From positions 2,466 to 66,465 of the forward strand of contig JAHIVA010000049.1 of NCBI GenBank assembly GCA_018816985.1: a stretch of 64,000 bases of DNA, in the 5' to 3' direction. The notes below the pieces were generated by a model. That model did not search any database and was not told the origin of the DNA. It worked only from the letters and a program-made list of their open reading frames with translations. This document shows, in pieces, positions 43,071-52,873 of the stretch (within the stretch, counting starts at the first letter, position 1; each line of letters starts with the position of its first letter). The position numbers were made by a program, and so were the translations under genes. This stretch comes from Patescibacteria group bacterium (GTDB taxonomy: Bacteria; Patescibacteriota; Minisyncoccia; Phycocordibacterales; UBA9973).

Positions 43071-43182
43071 ATTGGGTCACTCCCAATATGTTATAGATGA
43101 GAATGATGTTTCAAGAATAGCATTGTTGCGTTATTTTGTCAATAATTTGTTTCTGTTTCTTATTTGTTGCTATAATGATAAT

Positions 43183-44538
43183 ATGCAAAATAAAGATATA
43201 AAAAATCTCAAACATAGCCAGGCACAAATCAAAGGTGGAGGAAAGGTAATCATACTCAATGCTGGGTCTGTGATAGGACCGGAAGCAGAAGCAATGCTTC
43301 AAGCACTTCATTCCAGATCTACCGGAGGACTAGAAAGCCATCTCGAAATACTAGCCGACAAAGGACCAGATAATTTTATGAAAAATTTTTATGTCGGATA
43401 CGGACATAAATCAATTGGTGACTGTGGTAGCACTTCAATATTTATTGAAGGAATCTCTATGTTGGCGGCAAAAGCAATTCAAGACTGGCCCCTTTATTCA
43501 GGACAAGAATCTTCAACCAGATATGTTGATTTCAAAACTCAGCCATTTAAAAACCCAATTGGCACTAAAGAAGGAAAAGAAATTTTAGAATCATATAGAA
43601 AATTTTATACCGAAGCACTAGAACAAACTAAAGAATACTTAAAAATACAATTCCCCCTAGGCTCTGGAGAAAAAGAGAGCATATATAATAAAGCAATCGA
43701 CGCTAGAGCTTTCGATATATTAAGAGGATTTCTACCGGCCGGATCAACTACAAACATTGCCTGGCACACGAATTTAAGACAAGCTGCCGATAAAATAATA
43801 CTACTTCGTCATCACCCATTAATGGAGGTTAGAAACTTAGCAGAAGCAATAGAGCAAGCTTTACGTCTGGCTTTTCCAAATTCATTTGGCCATAAACATC
43901 ATAAAAATACAGAAAATTATAATAAAAAATGGATGGAAAAAGATTACTACTATCACGATAAAAATTGCCCGAATTTTAAAATGGTTAACAATTCAATAAA
44001 TAAAAATTTACTTTCAAGAAAAATTTTAGAGGAAAGATCAATAAAAACCGAACTGCCCAAGCATCTCGCTGAAGCCGGAACCTTGCAATTTAAATTTTTG
44101 TTGGACTTTGGATCATTCCGTGATATTCAAAGACACCGAGCAGTAATTCAAAGAATGCCCCTTTTAACCACAGAAATTAGTTTTGGGAAATGGTATTTGG
44201 AAGAATTACCAAAGAAATTAAAAGTTAAAGCCAAAGAATTCATTAAAAAACAAGAAGGGAAAATAAAAAAATTAAAAATTTCAAAAGAAGAAAAGCAATA
44301 TTACATAGCCATGGGTTACAATACATCTAATAGATTGACGGGGAATCTTCCTGCTTTAATTTATTTAGCAGAATTGAGATCTACTCGTTTTGTACATCCA
44401 ACTTTAAGAAACAAAGCGAAAATGATAGCTAATACCTTATTAAAACTTTTCAAAAAATCTGGTTTAGTGATACATCTAGACAAAGAAATGGATAGATTTG
44501 ATATTAAACGTGGAGAGCACGATATCGTCCTAAGGTAA
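43183..44538 (+). CDS. thyX: ThyX-like FAD-dependent thymidylate synthase, long form (atypical signature)
   Basis: Thy1-like features include a single RHR (FRDIQRHRAVIQRMP). The start is set at MQNKDIK because TGcTATAAT lies 6 nt upstream. Confidence 0.55.
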   Translation: MQNKDIKNLKHSQAQIKGGGKVIILNAGSVIGPEAEAMLQALHSRSTGGLESHLEILADKGPDNFMKNFYVGYGHKSIGDCGSTSIFIEGISMLAAKAIQDWPLYSGQESSTRYVDFKTQPFKNPIGTKEGKEILESYRKFYTEALEQTKEYLKIQFPLGSGEKESIYNKAIDARAFDILRGFLPAGSTTNIAWHTNLRQAADKIILLRHHPLMEVRNLAEAIEQALRLAFPNSFGHKHHKNTENYNKKWMEKDYYYHDKNCPNFKMVNNSINKNLLSRKILEERSIKTELPKHLAEAGTLQFKFLLDFGSFRDIQRHRAVIQRMPLLTTEISFGKWYLEELPKKLKVKAKEFIKKQEGKIKKLKISKEEKQYYIAMGYNTSNRLTGNLPALIYLAELRSTRFVHPTLRNKAKMIANTLLKLFKKSGLVIHLDKEMDRFDIKRGEHDIVLR

Positions 44539-44541
44539 GTT

Positions 44542-44871
44542 TTAAGGATCTTCGTCTGTTTTAATCCGGATAAAAACATCTTTACCATCGGGAGATTTTT
44601 CTTTTTTATATTTTCTATTTTTATTTATCTCAACTTTTCTAATTATTTCCTTTTCTAAATCAAAACCTAGAATTTCTGACATGCCCAGTAAAAATATTGC
44701 CACATCGGCAAATTCTTCCGCCACGCCACCTTCACGTTTATTGTATTTATGAAAGGCCTCGGAAAGTTCTTCATGTGCATGACAAAATTCTAAAGCGACA
44801 TCGGTTGTGTTAAATCCTTTTTCCAGTTTATTCTTCATTACTTCTTTTTGTAATTTTTTTAAATCAGTCAT
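44542..44871 (-). CDS. MazG-like all-alpha nucleotide pyrophosphohydrolase
   Basis: EELSEAFHKY...EEFADVAIFLLGMSE carries the EExxE/D metal-binding pairs. Confidence 0.7.
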   Translation of the reverse strand: MTDLKKLQKEVMKNKLEKGFNTTDVALEFCHAHEELSEAFHKYNKREGGVAEEFADVAIFLLGMSEILGFDLEKEIIRKVEINKNRKYKKEKSPDGKDVFIRIKTDEDP

Positions 44872-44880
44872 ACAACAAAA

Positions 44881-45384
44881 CTACATGTCTTTATAAACTT
44901 GCATATCTCCCAATATTTCTAATTTTATTTTAGCCGTTTTTAAAATTTCCTTAGTTCTCTTTGCTCCGTGGTAGTCTTTTAAAGCGACTACTCTTATAAT
45001 CCCGGAATTTATAATACTCTGAGCACATTTATAACAAGGTGTTAATTTGCAATATAAAGTACCTCCCTCAATCGCGACTCCTACTCGCGCGGCATTATTT
45101 ATCGCATTTTGTTCTGCATGAGATGTCCTAATACAATGTTTGGATTTTGTTCCGTCTTCATTTAAAACAGTGTGTATTTCATGACCTATTTCATCACAAC
45201 TAGGCAAGCCTACCGGCGCACCGACATAGCCCGTAGCTAAAATTCTTTTATTTTTCACAATAACTGCTCCGGCCCTACCCCTGTCGCAAGTCCCTCTAGA
45301 TCCAATATAATCTGCCATTCCAATAAAATATTCATCCCAAGACGGTCTTTTGTGTTTTATAACCTTTTTAACAGTCTTTTTCAT
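44881..45384 (-). CDS. dCMP deaminase (ComEB-type)
   Basis: HAEQNAI and PCYKCAQ zinc motifs. Confidence 0.85.
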   Translation of the reverse strand: MKKTVKKVIKHKRPSWDEYFIGMADYIGSRGTCDRGRAGAVIVKNKRILATGYVGAPVGLPSCDEIGHEIHTVLNEDGTKSKHCIRTSHAEQNAINNAARVGVAIEGGTLYCKLTPCYKCAQSIINSGIIRVVALKDYHGAKRTKEILKTAKIKLEILGDMQVYKDM

Positions 45385-45420
45385 GTCTTGATTATACGCT
45401 AAAATTAAAAATAGAAAAGT

Positions 45421-45990
45421 CTAAGAAAATGGTGTTGAAGAAATAAGTTTAAAAATATAATCAAATAACTTTTTTCCATCATTTTTAGGAACCAACACCT
45501 CGGGGTGAAATTGTATTCCATAAATATTTTTACCTTTATGTTTAAAAATTTCTATCCCATCAAGGGAACAAGCAAGTACTTCAATCTTTTTTGAAGCTTT
45601 CATAATGGAAAAACGATGAGATTCATATACTTTTATTTTATTTTTTTTATAAAAATTTTTATTTATTTCTACGTTTTCAATACCCTGAACTCTAGTGGAA
45701 AGTTTTTTCAGCTTACATCCTGCTGCTGAAGCTATAATCTGTGCGCCGAGACAAATGCCGATCACAGGCTTTTTCGTCTTTTTTATAAAATCAATTTCAT
45801 TTTTATAATATTTCGAATTATTAAGAACTGGTCGTATTCCAGAACCTCCTGTTAAAATTACAAGATTATAATTTTTTACAAGATTAGTTTTAAATTCTTT
45901 AAGTGACAAAACTAAAATTTCACAACCTTTTAAAAGTTTTTTTATTTTCGTTAAATTTTTAGTATTATTATCAACAATTGCTACTTTCAT
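45421..45990 (-). CDS. Class I glutamine amidotransferase domain protein
   Basis: Nucleophile elbow GICLGAQ and QFHPE. Confidence 0.6.
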   Translation of the reverse strand: MKVAIVDNNTKNLTKIKKLLKGCEILVLSLKEFKTNLVKNYNLVILTGGSGIRPVLNNSKYYKNEIDFIKKTKKPVIGICLGAQIIASAAGCKLKKLSTRVQGIENVEINKNFYKKNKIKVYESHRFSIMKASKKIEVLACSLDGIEIFKHKGKNIYGIQFHPEVLVPKNDGKKLFDYIFKLISSTPFS

Positions 45991-46016
45991 AATATATTGG
46001 TAGCAAATAAAAGGTG

Positions 46017-46439
46017 TTATTTTACCTCAATCCCCATAGAACGAGCAGAACCAGCAATAATGTTAATGGCACCTTCATCGTCCTTAGCATTTAAATCTCC
46101 CATTTTTTTCTTGACTATTTCTAAGGCTTGCGCGCGGGTAATTTTCCCAACTTTAGTTGAAGCATTTTTACCAGAACCTTTTTCTACTCCAGCTGCTTTT
46201 AAAATAAGTCCGGTGACCGGCGGGGTTTTTATTACAAAATCATAGCTACGGTCTTCGTAAACAGTAATAGAAACTCCAACCTTATCTCCTGCCATCTTTT
46301 GGGTGGCAGCGTTAAACTTAGTCACAAAGTCTCCGATATTAATACCAGCTTGGCCAAGCGCGGGACCAAGCGGAGGTGCGGGAGTAGCTTTAGCAGCTTG
46401 AATTTGTAATTTTATTTTTTTGGTTATTTTCTTTGCCAT
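46017..46439 (-). CDS. rplK: 50S ribosomal protein L11
   Basis: [26 protein letters not shown]. Confidence 0.9.
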   Translation of the reverse strand: MAKKITKKIKLQIQAAKATPAPPLGPALGQAGINIGDFVTKFNAATQKMAGDKVGVSITVYEDRSYDFVIKTPPVTGLILKAAGVEKGSGKNASTKVGKITRAQALEIVKKKMGDLNAKDDEGAINIIAGSARSMGIEVK

Positions 46440-46530
46440 TTTTTTAGATTACTATAAAGTTTTTATAAATGCAATTTTCTTGGCCGCCACCAAGCGGTCG
46501 GCATCAAGAAATCTATAGTCGCTTTGCTCC

Positions 46531-47076
46531 TTAGATTTTCTTGACTTGCAAGAAATCCAATTCTACCGGAGTCTCCCGACCAAACATAGAAACAAGAACT
46601 TTAACTTTTCCACGAACCTGGTCAACAGAACTTACCTTACCTTCTAAATCTTTAAAAGGACCATCATTAATCAAAACAGTTTCTCCGACAGCTAAATCAA
46701 TATTATGCTTAGTCGTACCTACATTCATTTTCTTAAATAGATACTCAACTTCTTCGCTTTTAAGTGGAACAGGATTTATTCCTGCACCCACGAAACCAGT
46801 TACACGCGGAGTATTGCGTACTACATACCAGGAATCATCGGTTACAATCATATCCACTAGAACATAACCCGGATAAATTTTTTCTTCTACCTCTACGCGC
46901 TTACCAGCCTTAATCTTTATCTTTTTTTCAATCGGGACAATAACATTGAAAATTTTATCGTTCATACCCAAGGAATCAATACGCTGTCGCAAATTACGAA
47001 GCACAACATTTTCATATCCTGCATAAGTGTGAATAGCATACCAATTTCTAGCTCCGAGTGTTTCTTGTTTTGACAT
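46531..47076 (-). CDS. nusG: Transcription termination/antitermination factor NusG
   Basis: WYAIHTYAGYENVV (NGN domain) and a C-terminal KOW motif. Confidence 0.9.
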   Translation of the reverse strand: MSKQETLGARNWYAIHTYAGYENVVLRNLRQRIDSLGMNDKIFNVIVPIEKKIKIKAGKRVEVEEKIYPGYVLVDMIVTDDSWYVVRNTPRVTGFVGAGINPVPLKSEEVEYLFKKMNVGTTKHNIDLAVGETVLINDGPFKDLEGKVSSVDQVRGKVKVLVSMFGRETPVELDFLQVKKI

Positions 47077-47080
47077 GGTT

Positions 47081-47266
47081 TTAAGGAGTGATTATCTTTG
47101 TTAAGCCTTGAGAAAAAATAAAATCAAAAACACCCAAATAATATGAAATAATTACAGACAAAATAACGACAATCAAAGTATAATACAACGTCTGGTTTTT
47201 GGATGGCCAGATTACATGCTTTAATTCTGTTTTTGTTTCTTGAAAATATTCGGTAATTTTTGACAT
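47081..47266 (-). CDS. secE: Preprotein translocase subunit SecE
   Basis: 61 aa with a single TM, directly upstream of nusG. Confidence 0.8.
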   Translation of the reverse strand: MSKITEYFQETKTELKHVIWPSKNQTLYYTLIVVILSVIISYYLGVFDFIFSQGLTKIITP

Positions 47267-47276
47267 TTTTTAAAAA

Positions 47277-47294
47277 AGCCCTCTTTCAAGGGCT
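47277..47294 (-). terminator. Intrinsic terminator after the SIMPL gene
   Basis: - strand AGCCCT-tgaaag-AGGGCT followed by TTTTTT. Confidence 0.55.
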
Positions 47295-47350
47295 CTTTTA
47301 ATGGTACTCTTTTTCTCTAAAATAGTCAATTCACGAGAAGATAAATAACT

Positions 47351-48190
47351 CTACCTGATCTCATAAGTTATTGTCACATCCGAACTTATTATGTTCTCGC
47401 CTTTTGGAATTATTGCCGGGGTAGGAGCTCTTTCTGACGCAGAATCCATCATTACAGATTTGGCATACATAATTGGATAATTTCCATTTTCATTAAAAGA
47501 AGTAATTTTACCCAAAGAAACACCTAAATCTTTCGCCAAGATTTTCGCTTTTGCTTTTGCATCATCAATGGCCAATTTTCTCGCTTGCATTTTCAGCGTA
47601 TCTTCTTTATCAATGGCGAAATTCGGACCATTTAAATCAGAAACACCAGTTATCCCAATACCTTGAATAATATCACCGACAGTATCTGTATTACGAATTT
47701 TAATGGTCACACTCTCGTTAGCTGTATAACCAATAAGCACTTGCTTACTGGGAGGGCAATAATAAGAGGAAGATGGAGAGACAGTCACTCCGGCTATTTC
47801 AGCATCCATTGGAATTGGCGGACAAACAGCTTTCCTATATTCATATTTTGGATAAAAAGAGGCATTGGCAGTTTGAATATCTTTATCTTCCACTCCTTTT
47901 TCTTTTAAAAAATCCAAGGCTTTCTTCTCAATATCCGCTACCCCCGCCTGGGCATCTTTAACTGTTTTAGCGTCTTTACTGATTGTAAAATAAATATTCG
48001 CAATATCAGGCACAGCCGTAACTTCCCCATGGCCGGAAAATGAAATGGTAGCGGGCTGAGCACTCTCCCCTAGCAGGCTGTCTTTCTTTATTTCGGAAAA
48101 TATTTTAACCGTAAAATAGACCGACAAAACAATTAGTAAAACACACAATGTTTGATATATTCTTTTTTTATTTTCTTCTGGTATTTCCAT
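47351..48190 (-). CDS. SIMPL/DUF541-domain (BP26-like) secreted protein
   Basis: N-terminal TM, then ISFSGHGEVTAVPDIANIYFTI and a C-terminal ...ITYEIR, typical of the SIMPL family. Confidence 0.6.
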   Translation of the reverse strand: MEIPEENKKRIYQTLCVLLIVLSVYFTVKIFSEIKKDSLLGESAQPATISFSGHGEVTAVPDIANIYFTISKDAKTVKDAQAGVADIEKKALDFLKEKGVEDKDIQTANASFYPKYEYRKAVCPPIPMDAEIAGVTVSPSSSYYCPPSKQVLIGYTANESVTIKIRNTDTVGDIIQGIGITGVSDLNGPNFAIDKEDTLKMQARKLAIDDAKAKAKILAKDLGVSLGKITSFNENGNYPIMYAKSVMMDSASERAPTPAIIPKGENIISSDVTITYEIR

Positions 48191-48202
48191 AAATTTAATT
48201 CT

Positions 48203-48640
48203 TTATTTAATTCCAATAAGCTCGACGTCAAAAATTAAAGTAGAGTTGGGCGGAATTACTCCAGGAATTCCGTTGGCTCCATAAGCATCTTCTGGTAAGA
48301 TAGTTAAAGTTTTCTTCTCACCAACGGTCATCCCAACTATTCCCTTATCCCAACCGGGAATTACTTGACCAGCGCCTAGGGTAAAATCAAAAGGTTGCAC
48401 ATGGTTAAATTTAGGGTCCACATTTGAATCAAAAACTGTACCATCCTCTAGCCGACCAGTGTAATTCATAGACACCGTGTCTCCGGCTTTGGCCATCTCG
48501 GCAACTTTATTTATATCATTGTTATTAGAAGACATATTTACTTTATTGTTAATGCTAATAAAAATTAAAATTCCCGCTAAAACTAAGCAAATGACAATTG
48601 CAAGCACAATATTCATATTATTTTTTTTATTTTCTTCCAT
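48203..48640 (-). CDS. FKBP-type peptidyl-prolyl cis-trans isomerase, membrane-anchored
   Basis: YTGRLEDGTVFDSN...FTLGAGQVIPGWDKG. Confidence 0.85.
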   Translation of the reverse strand: MEENKKNNMNIVLAIVICLVLAGILIFISINNKVNMSSNNNDINKVAEMAKAGDTVSMNYTGRLEDGTVFDSNVDPKFNHVQPFDFTLGAGQVIPGWDKGIVGMTVGEKKTLTILPEDAYGANGIPGVIPPNSTLIFDVELIGIK

Positions 48641-48693
48641 AATTCAAAAATTTATTAGCTTTTTAATAACCTAATTATACACCCTATATTTTT

Positions 48694-49743
48694 TTAAACA
48701 ATATTAACTTCCGGCATTAATTCCAAACCGAATTTTTCTCTTACAGATACAATAATTTTGTTTACCAAATCAAGAATCTCGACACCGCTCGCTTTACCAT
48801 AATTTACCAAAACCAGAGATTGTTTTTCATAAACACCGACATTGCCTGATTTATATCCTTTCCAGCTTATCCCGTCGGTGGGACCACATTGTTCAACTAG
48901 CCATCCGGCTGGAATTTTAATTTCTCCATTATCTTCAAAATACGGCAGATCAGAATAATTTTTTTGCAACACCCGTAAATGCTCCCTGCTAACAAAAACA
49001 TTTTTAAAAAAACTACCGGCATTGCCTAAAACCTTTGGGTCTGGAAGTTTACTACGACGTATGGCTATGACTGCATTACTAATATCTTTAGAATTTTTAA
49101 CTTCAATTTTATTTTTTTCTAAAAAATCTCGCAAGGCGGGATACATCTTTTTTCCCCTGCCTGCCAATTGGCGGGCAGGTTTTTTACTTAATTTTAAAAT
49201 CACCGCTGAAATAAAATATTTTCCTTTTAGTTTATTTTTAAAAATACTCTCTCGATACCCCAATTCGCATTCTTCTTTGCTGAAAATTTTCTTTTCTCCA
49301 TTTTCTATATTAAAAGCCTCCACGTCATAAAGGGTATCTTTAAGCTCCACTCCATAGGCACCAATATTTTGTACTGGGGTAGCACCAACTGTCCCCGGGA
49401 TAGCGGCTAAATTCTCAATACCCCAATATCCATGGTCAACAGTGAACGCGACTAAATCCTGCCAAAACTCCCCCCCCATAGATCTAATTAATACATTTTC
49501 AATATCTTCTTTAACAATTTCTATTCCTTTTAATTTATTCAAAACAACTATACCTTCAAAATCTTTAGTAAAAAGCATATTACTACCACCACCTAAAAAT
49601 ATTTTTTTGTTATTTTTAAATTCCGGTAAATTGAAAAGTTCCTCCAGGTCTTTTTCAGATTCCACCATTGCAAAAAATTTAGTATTTACGTTAATACCGA
49701 AAGTGTTTAATTTAGATAAGTTGTAATTGTTTTCAATTTTCAT
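48694..49743 (-). CDS. murB: UDP-N-acetylenolpyruvoylglucosamine reductase
   Basis: LSKLNTFGI...FLGGGSNMLF and GNAGSFFKN motifs. The start is set at MKIENNY. Confidence 0.85.
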   Translation of the reverse strand: MKIENNYNLSKLNTFGINVNTKFFAMVESEKDLEELFNLPEFKNNKKIFLGGGSNMLFTKDFEGIVVLNKLKGIEIVKEDIENVLIRSMGGEFWQDLVAFTVDHGYWGIENLAAIPGTVGATPVQNIGAYGVELKDTLYDVEAFNIENGEKKIFSKEECELGYRESIFKNKLKGKYFISAVILKLSKKPARQLAGRGKKMYPALRDFLEKNKIEVKNSKDISNAVIAIRRSKLPDPKVLGNAGSFFKNVFVSREHLRVLQKNYSDLPYFEDNGEIKIPAGWLVEQCGPTDGISWKGYKSGNVGVYEKQSLVLVNYGKASGVEILDLVNKIIVSVREKFGLELMPEVNIV

Positions 49744-49768
49744 ATGATTAGTAAAATTATGCTTGATA

Positions 49769-51028
49769 CTAAATAAAAAAGGAAACAATTGCCCCGATAC
49801 CTACCAGAGAAATTAATCCAAAGGTTAACCAGCCGAAAATGTTACCGATTTTTTTATTCTTAAAATTACCCATTATCTTCTCATTTCCACTCAAATGAAC
49901 AATAAAGAAAATCATAAATGGAGAAATGATACCATTCAAAACCGCAGAATATATAAGTACTTTGATTGGATGCAAGCCGACAAAATTTAAAATAATTCCC
50001 AAAATCATCGCCACAATAATCACTCCATAAAAAGAAGTGGCTTGTTTTAATTTCCGATAAAGACCCTCCTTCCAACCGAAAGATTCTGAAATGGCATAAG
50101 AAGCTGAGCCGGCGAGTACTGGTATCGCAAGCAGTCCGGTGCCTAAAATCCCAAGAGCAAAAAGAATAAAAGCAAAATTCCCCGCAAAAGGACGCAAGGC
50201 GATGGCCGCTTCTTCTGCAGAAGTAATGTTAGTAATTCCATTTGCAAAAAGGGTGGCAGCACAGGCAGCAATAATAAAAAACATTACCAGATTTGAAACA
50301 AACATCCCAGACCAAACATCAATCCGCATATTTTTCATATCCTGCATAGTATTATTCTCCCGGCGCATTTCTATGGTTTTTTCTCCTTTTAAAATTTCTT
50401 CTTCAACTTCCTGCGAAGATTGCCAGAAAAATAAATATGGGGAAATGGTGGTACCGAGAGCCGCGCAAATAAGGATAATCACTTCTTTAGAAAAATGAAA
50501 GCTCGGAATGACAGTATTTTGTAAAACTTCAATCCAGTTTATCTTAACGGAAAAAGCCGAAACAACATAAGCTAGAAGAACGAAAGTAAGGTATTTTAAA
50601 TATTTGGAATATTTTTTATAAGAAATAAAAATCTGCAGAAATAAAGAAAGTGTGGCAAAAAGAAAAATTAAAAAAGTAAAGTTTAAAGCAGGAAAAATAA
50701 GCTGTGTGCCTTTAGCCATGGCCCCCAAGTCTGCTCCAATATTAAAAACATTAGCAAAAAGCAAAAGTGTTGTGCAGAAATAGAGAATTTTTTTTGAGTA
50801 ATGTTTTTTTATATTAGCAGCCAGTCCGACACCAGTCACCAGCCCAATGCGAGCGCACATTTCCTGTACCACCCCCATTAATGGAAAAGTAAAAAGCGCC
50901 AACCAAATGAGACGGAAGCCTTGCGAAGCACCCATTTGGGAATAAGTGGCAATCCCGGACGGGTCATCGTCAGCGGCACCCGTAGTAAGCCCCGGCCCCA
51001 AAGTTTTCCAATATTCTTTAAAGGTCAT
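49769..51028 (-). CDS. NRAMP-family divalent metal transporter
   Basis: GPGLTTGAADDDPSGIATYSQ, about 11 TM. Confidence 0.75.
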   Translation of the reverse strand: MTFKEYWKTLGPGLTTGAADDDPSGIATYSQMGASQGFRLIWLALFTFPLMGVVQEMCARIGLVTGVGLAANIKKHYSKKILYFCTTLLLFANVFNIGADLGAMAKGTQLIFPALNFTFLIFLFATLSLFLQIFISYKKYSKYLKYLTFVLLAYVVSAFSVKINWIEVLQNTVIPSFHFSKEVIILICAALGTTISPYLFFWQSSQEVEEEILKGEKTIEMRRENNTMQDMKNMRIDVWSGMFVSNLVMFFIIAACAATLFANGITNITSAEEAAIALRPFAGNFAFILFALGILGTGLLAIPVLAGSASYAISESFGWKEGLYRKLKQATSFYGVIIVAMILGIILNFVGLHPIKVLIYSAVLNGIISPFMIFFIVHLSGNEKIMGNFKNKKIGNIFGWLTFGLISLVGIGAIVSFFI

Positions 51029-51094
51029 ATTTAGAGTATGACATATTTACGCCATTGATTCTATCTTAAAAATTAAAATTTCAAATTAAAAAGT

Positions 51095-51123
51095 AAAAAA
51101 CCGTCCCTCCATGTCGGTTTTTT
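51095..51123. terminator. Bidirectional terminator-like hairpin (AAAAAACCG-11 nt-CGGTTTTTT)
   Basis: 9-bp stem flanked by A and T runs, downstream of the 51148 ORF. Confidence 0.45.
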
Positions 51124-51147
51124 ACGACTAGAAAAACGGTTTTGGAT

Positions 51148-51591
51148 TTATGGAAAAATAAAGTGCGGGCCGACAGAGACACGATCTTTCAATAACAATG
51201 GAGACACAAAAATTTTATTCTCCTGAAATCTTTCGGCCTCAACAATAAAAACGTTGGAGAGGTTAGTTGCAACCTCTTCGTTATTTTTCGTTAAAACAGT
51301 TAATGTACGATGCCCATAGAAATGGAACATCAAATAATCCAAGAACTGGCTCCCCATCAGCCGACGACGTTCAAGGTCGTTGGCCGTATGTCCCAATATG
51401 TCAAGAAGGTTACCCTTCTCAACCAACTTTTTCACAACGACAGTTATTTCGGGAGCTATCCCCGAAAAAACTATCCCAAATTCTTCAAGACGGCGATCAA
51501 GTTGAATCCTCATCCCAAAAAGCAGATTGTTTTTTTCAACCCCCCCCCTCAGTACCACCACACGAAGTGGTTTAAAATTTTCCTTTATCAT
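51148..51591 (-). CDS. Hypothetical 147-aa protein on a locally G+C-elevated segment
   Basis: AGGAG lies 7 nt before the ATG. No family recognised. + strand shadow ORFs overlap it. Confidence 0.45.
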   Translation of the reverse strand: MIKENFKPLRVVVLRGGVEKNNLLFGMRIQLDRRLEEFGIVFSGIAPEITVVVKKLVEKGNLLDILGHTANDLERRRLMGSQFLDYLMFHFYGHRTLTVLTKNNEEVATNLSNVFIVEAERFQENKIFVSPLLLKDRVSVGPHFIFP

Positions 51592-51693
51592 CTTCTTCTC
51601 CTTTCAAAAAAACATTTTCCGGATTCTGCCGGAATCAGTCGCAGGAAGTTCCTACTTTACTCATTTATGATTATGAATATTTCTAGCTAAAAG

Positions 51694-52263
51694 TCAAGGT
51701 CTTAGTATTTTACTGGTTCCATCTTTATGCAATTCAATTACCTTGGACGCTTGGCTAATGATTTCCCCTCCATCTACATATAAATCAACCGCATTACTAA
51801 AATATTTTTTTGCTTCAAATATATTTTGAGCCGGAGCCAATCCTTCGGGATTGGCTGAAGGTGCAACGAGGGGCCCTGTTTGCAATAATAATTTTCTAAG
51901 ATTTTCTTGAGCAGGCACCCTAAAAGCCAAAGTTTTTGTCCCCCGATGTAAATACAAAAGTGTTTCATCGGAACAATCCAGAATAATACTTACCGGACCA
52001 GGCCAGTATTTTTTTAATATATCTTTCTGTTTTTCGGATAAAATAATAGAAAATTTTTCTAATTCGCCAATCTCTCCAATTAGAATAATGAAGGGTTTTT
52101 CCGGCGCACGTTTTTTTATATTATAAATACGTAAAACAACTGCCGAACTCAATGCTTGCCCAACTATTCCATAAATAGTATCCGTCGGCATTACCACCAC
52201 TCCTTTTTCTTTTAAAACTTTTATTAAATTTTCATCATTCCAAATATTTTGCAATAACTGCAT
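51694..52263 (-). CDS. tsaC: L-threonylcarbamoyladenylate synthase (TsaC/YrdC/Sua5 family)
   Basis: VVVMPTDTIYGIVG...LAFRVP...PSANPEG. Confidence 0.8.
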   Translation of the reverse strand: MQLLQNIWNDENLIKVLKEKGVVVMPTDTIYGIVGQALSSAVVLRIYNIKKRAPEKPFIILIGEIGELEKFSIILSEKQKDILKKYWPGPVSIILDCSDETLLYLHRGTKTLAFRVPAQENLRKLLLQTGPLVAPSANPEGLAPAQNIFEAKKYFSNAVDLYVDGGEIISQASKVIELHKDGTSKILRP

Positions 52264-52284
52264 AAGATATATTATAATACAAAA

Positions 52285-52743
52285 ATGCTAAAAGATATTG
52301 TTAAGTTTTTCGACAAGCTAGAGGACAAAATAAGGGGAAGATTGAGTCGTTATCCTATTTTATATGCAATCATTGGTGGTGTTGGCATAGTTCTTTTTTG
52401 GCGTGGAGTTTGGCATACTGCAGATTTTATAACTAATCTTGTTTTTTCCTTTCAACAAAACTCTTCTATTGACTTAAACAATCTGCCTTGGTGGGACGGA
52501 CCCTTATCTCTAATTTTAGGTAGTATCTTGCTTTTATCTACTGGATTATTTGTTTTCGGTTTTATCGGCAGTGAAATAATAATCTCCGGCTTAAAAGGAG
52601 AAAAGAAATTGGCTGAAAAAACAGAAGAGGAAGTAAAAATAGAAACTGGCACAATAAAAGAAATAAAAAAAGAAGTAAGTGAAATATCTCATCGTTTAAA
52701 TGATATTGAGAAAAATTTAGAGGATGATATGGAAAAAAAATAA
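52285..52743 (+). CDS. Hypothetical membrane protein with a charged coiled-coil tail
   Basis: 152 aa with 2-3 TM. TATAAT lies 6 nt upstream of the ATG. Confidence 0.45.
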   Translation: MLKDIVKFFDKLEDKIRGRLSRYPILYAIIGGVGIVLFWRGVWHTADFITNLVFSFQQNSSIDLNNLPWWDGPLSLILGSILLLSTGLFVFGFIGSEIIISGLKGEKKLAEKTEEEVKIETGTIKEIKKEVSEISHRLNDIEKNLEDDMEKK

Positions 52744-52746
52744 TTG

Positions 52747-52819
52747 GGTGCCTACAGGGATTCGAACCCTGACTAAGAGCTCCACAAGCTCTAGTGCTAA
52801 CCATTACACCATAGGCACC
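52747..52819 (-). tRNA. tRNA-His, anticodon GUG, with encoded G-1
   Basis: G-1 followed by acceptor GTGCCTA/TAGGCAC. Loop is TTGTGGA, the variable loop is 4 nt and the T arm is CAGGG-TTCGAAT-CCCTG. Discriminator is C73. Confidence 0.85.
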
Positions 52820-52873
52820 ATGTGCTGGTATTTATAACAAAAAAAGCAGAAAAACGCTACTAAAATAGATTTT

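Noticed and set aside
43072-43182. N-terminal extensions of track ORFs (thyX from 43072, ftsH to 10251, adk to 22693, pyrH to 22107, rpsZ to 27122, rpsS to 30827, murB to 49788, ruvX to 60037, clpP from 63058, GIY-YIG from 11209)
   Set aside because: The extensions overlap neighbouring genes, tRNAs or promoter elements and lack homology-like sequence. In each case an internal ATG gives the canonical N-terminus. In most cases it is also preceded by a -10 box at the recurrent 6-8 nt distance.
46440-46530. L1-binding regulatory leader or promoter upstream of rplK
   Set aside because: A G+C-rich hairpin (GCCGaCC-gcttggt-GGCGGC) is present. I could not match it to the L1 mRNA-binding consensus, and no rplA follows rplK. 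The evidence is insufficient to call it.
52747-52819. tRNA-His lacking the G-1 residue
   Set aside because: My first register (acceptor GGTGCCT) left no U8. Shifting by one nucleotide gives U8, a normal D arm, an encoded G-1 and C73, which is the standard bacterial arrangement.
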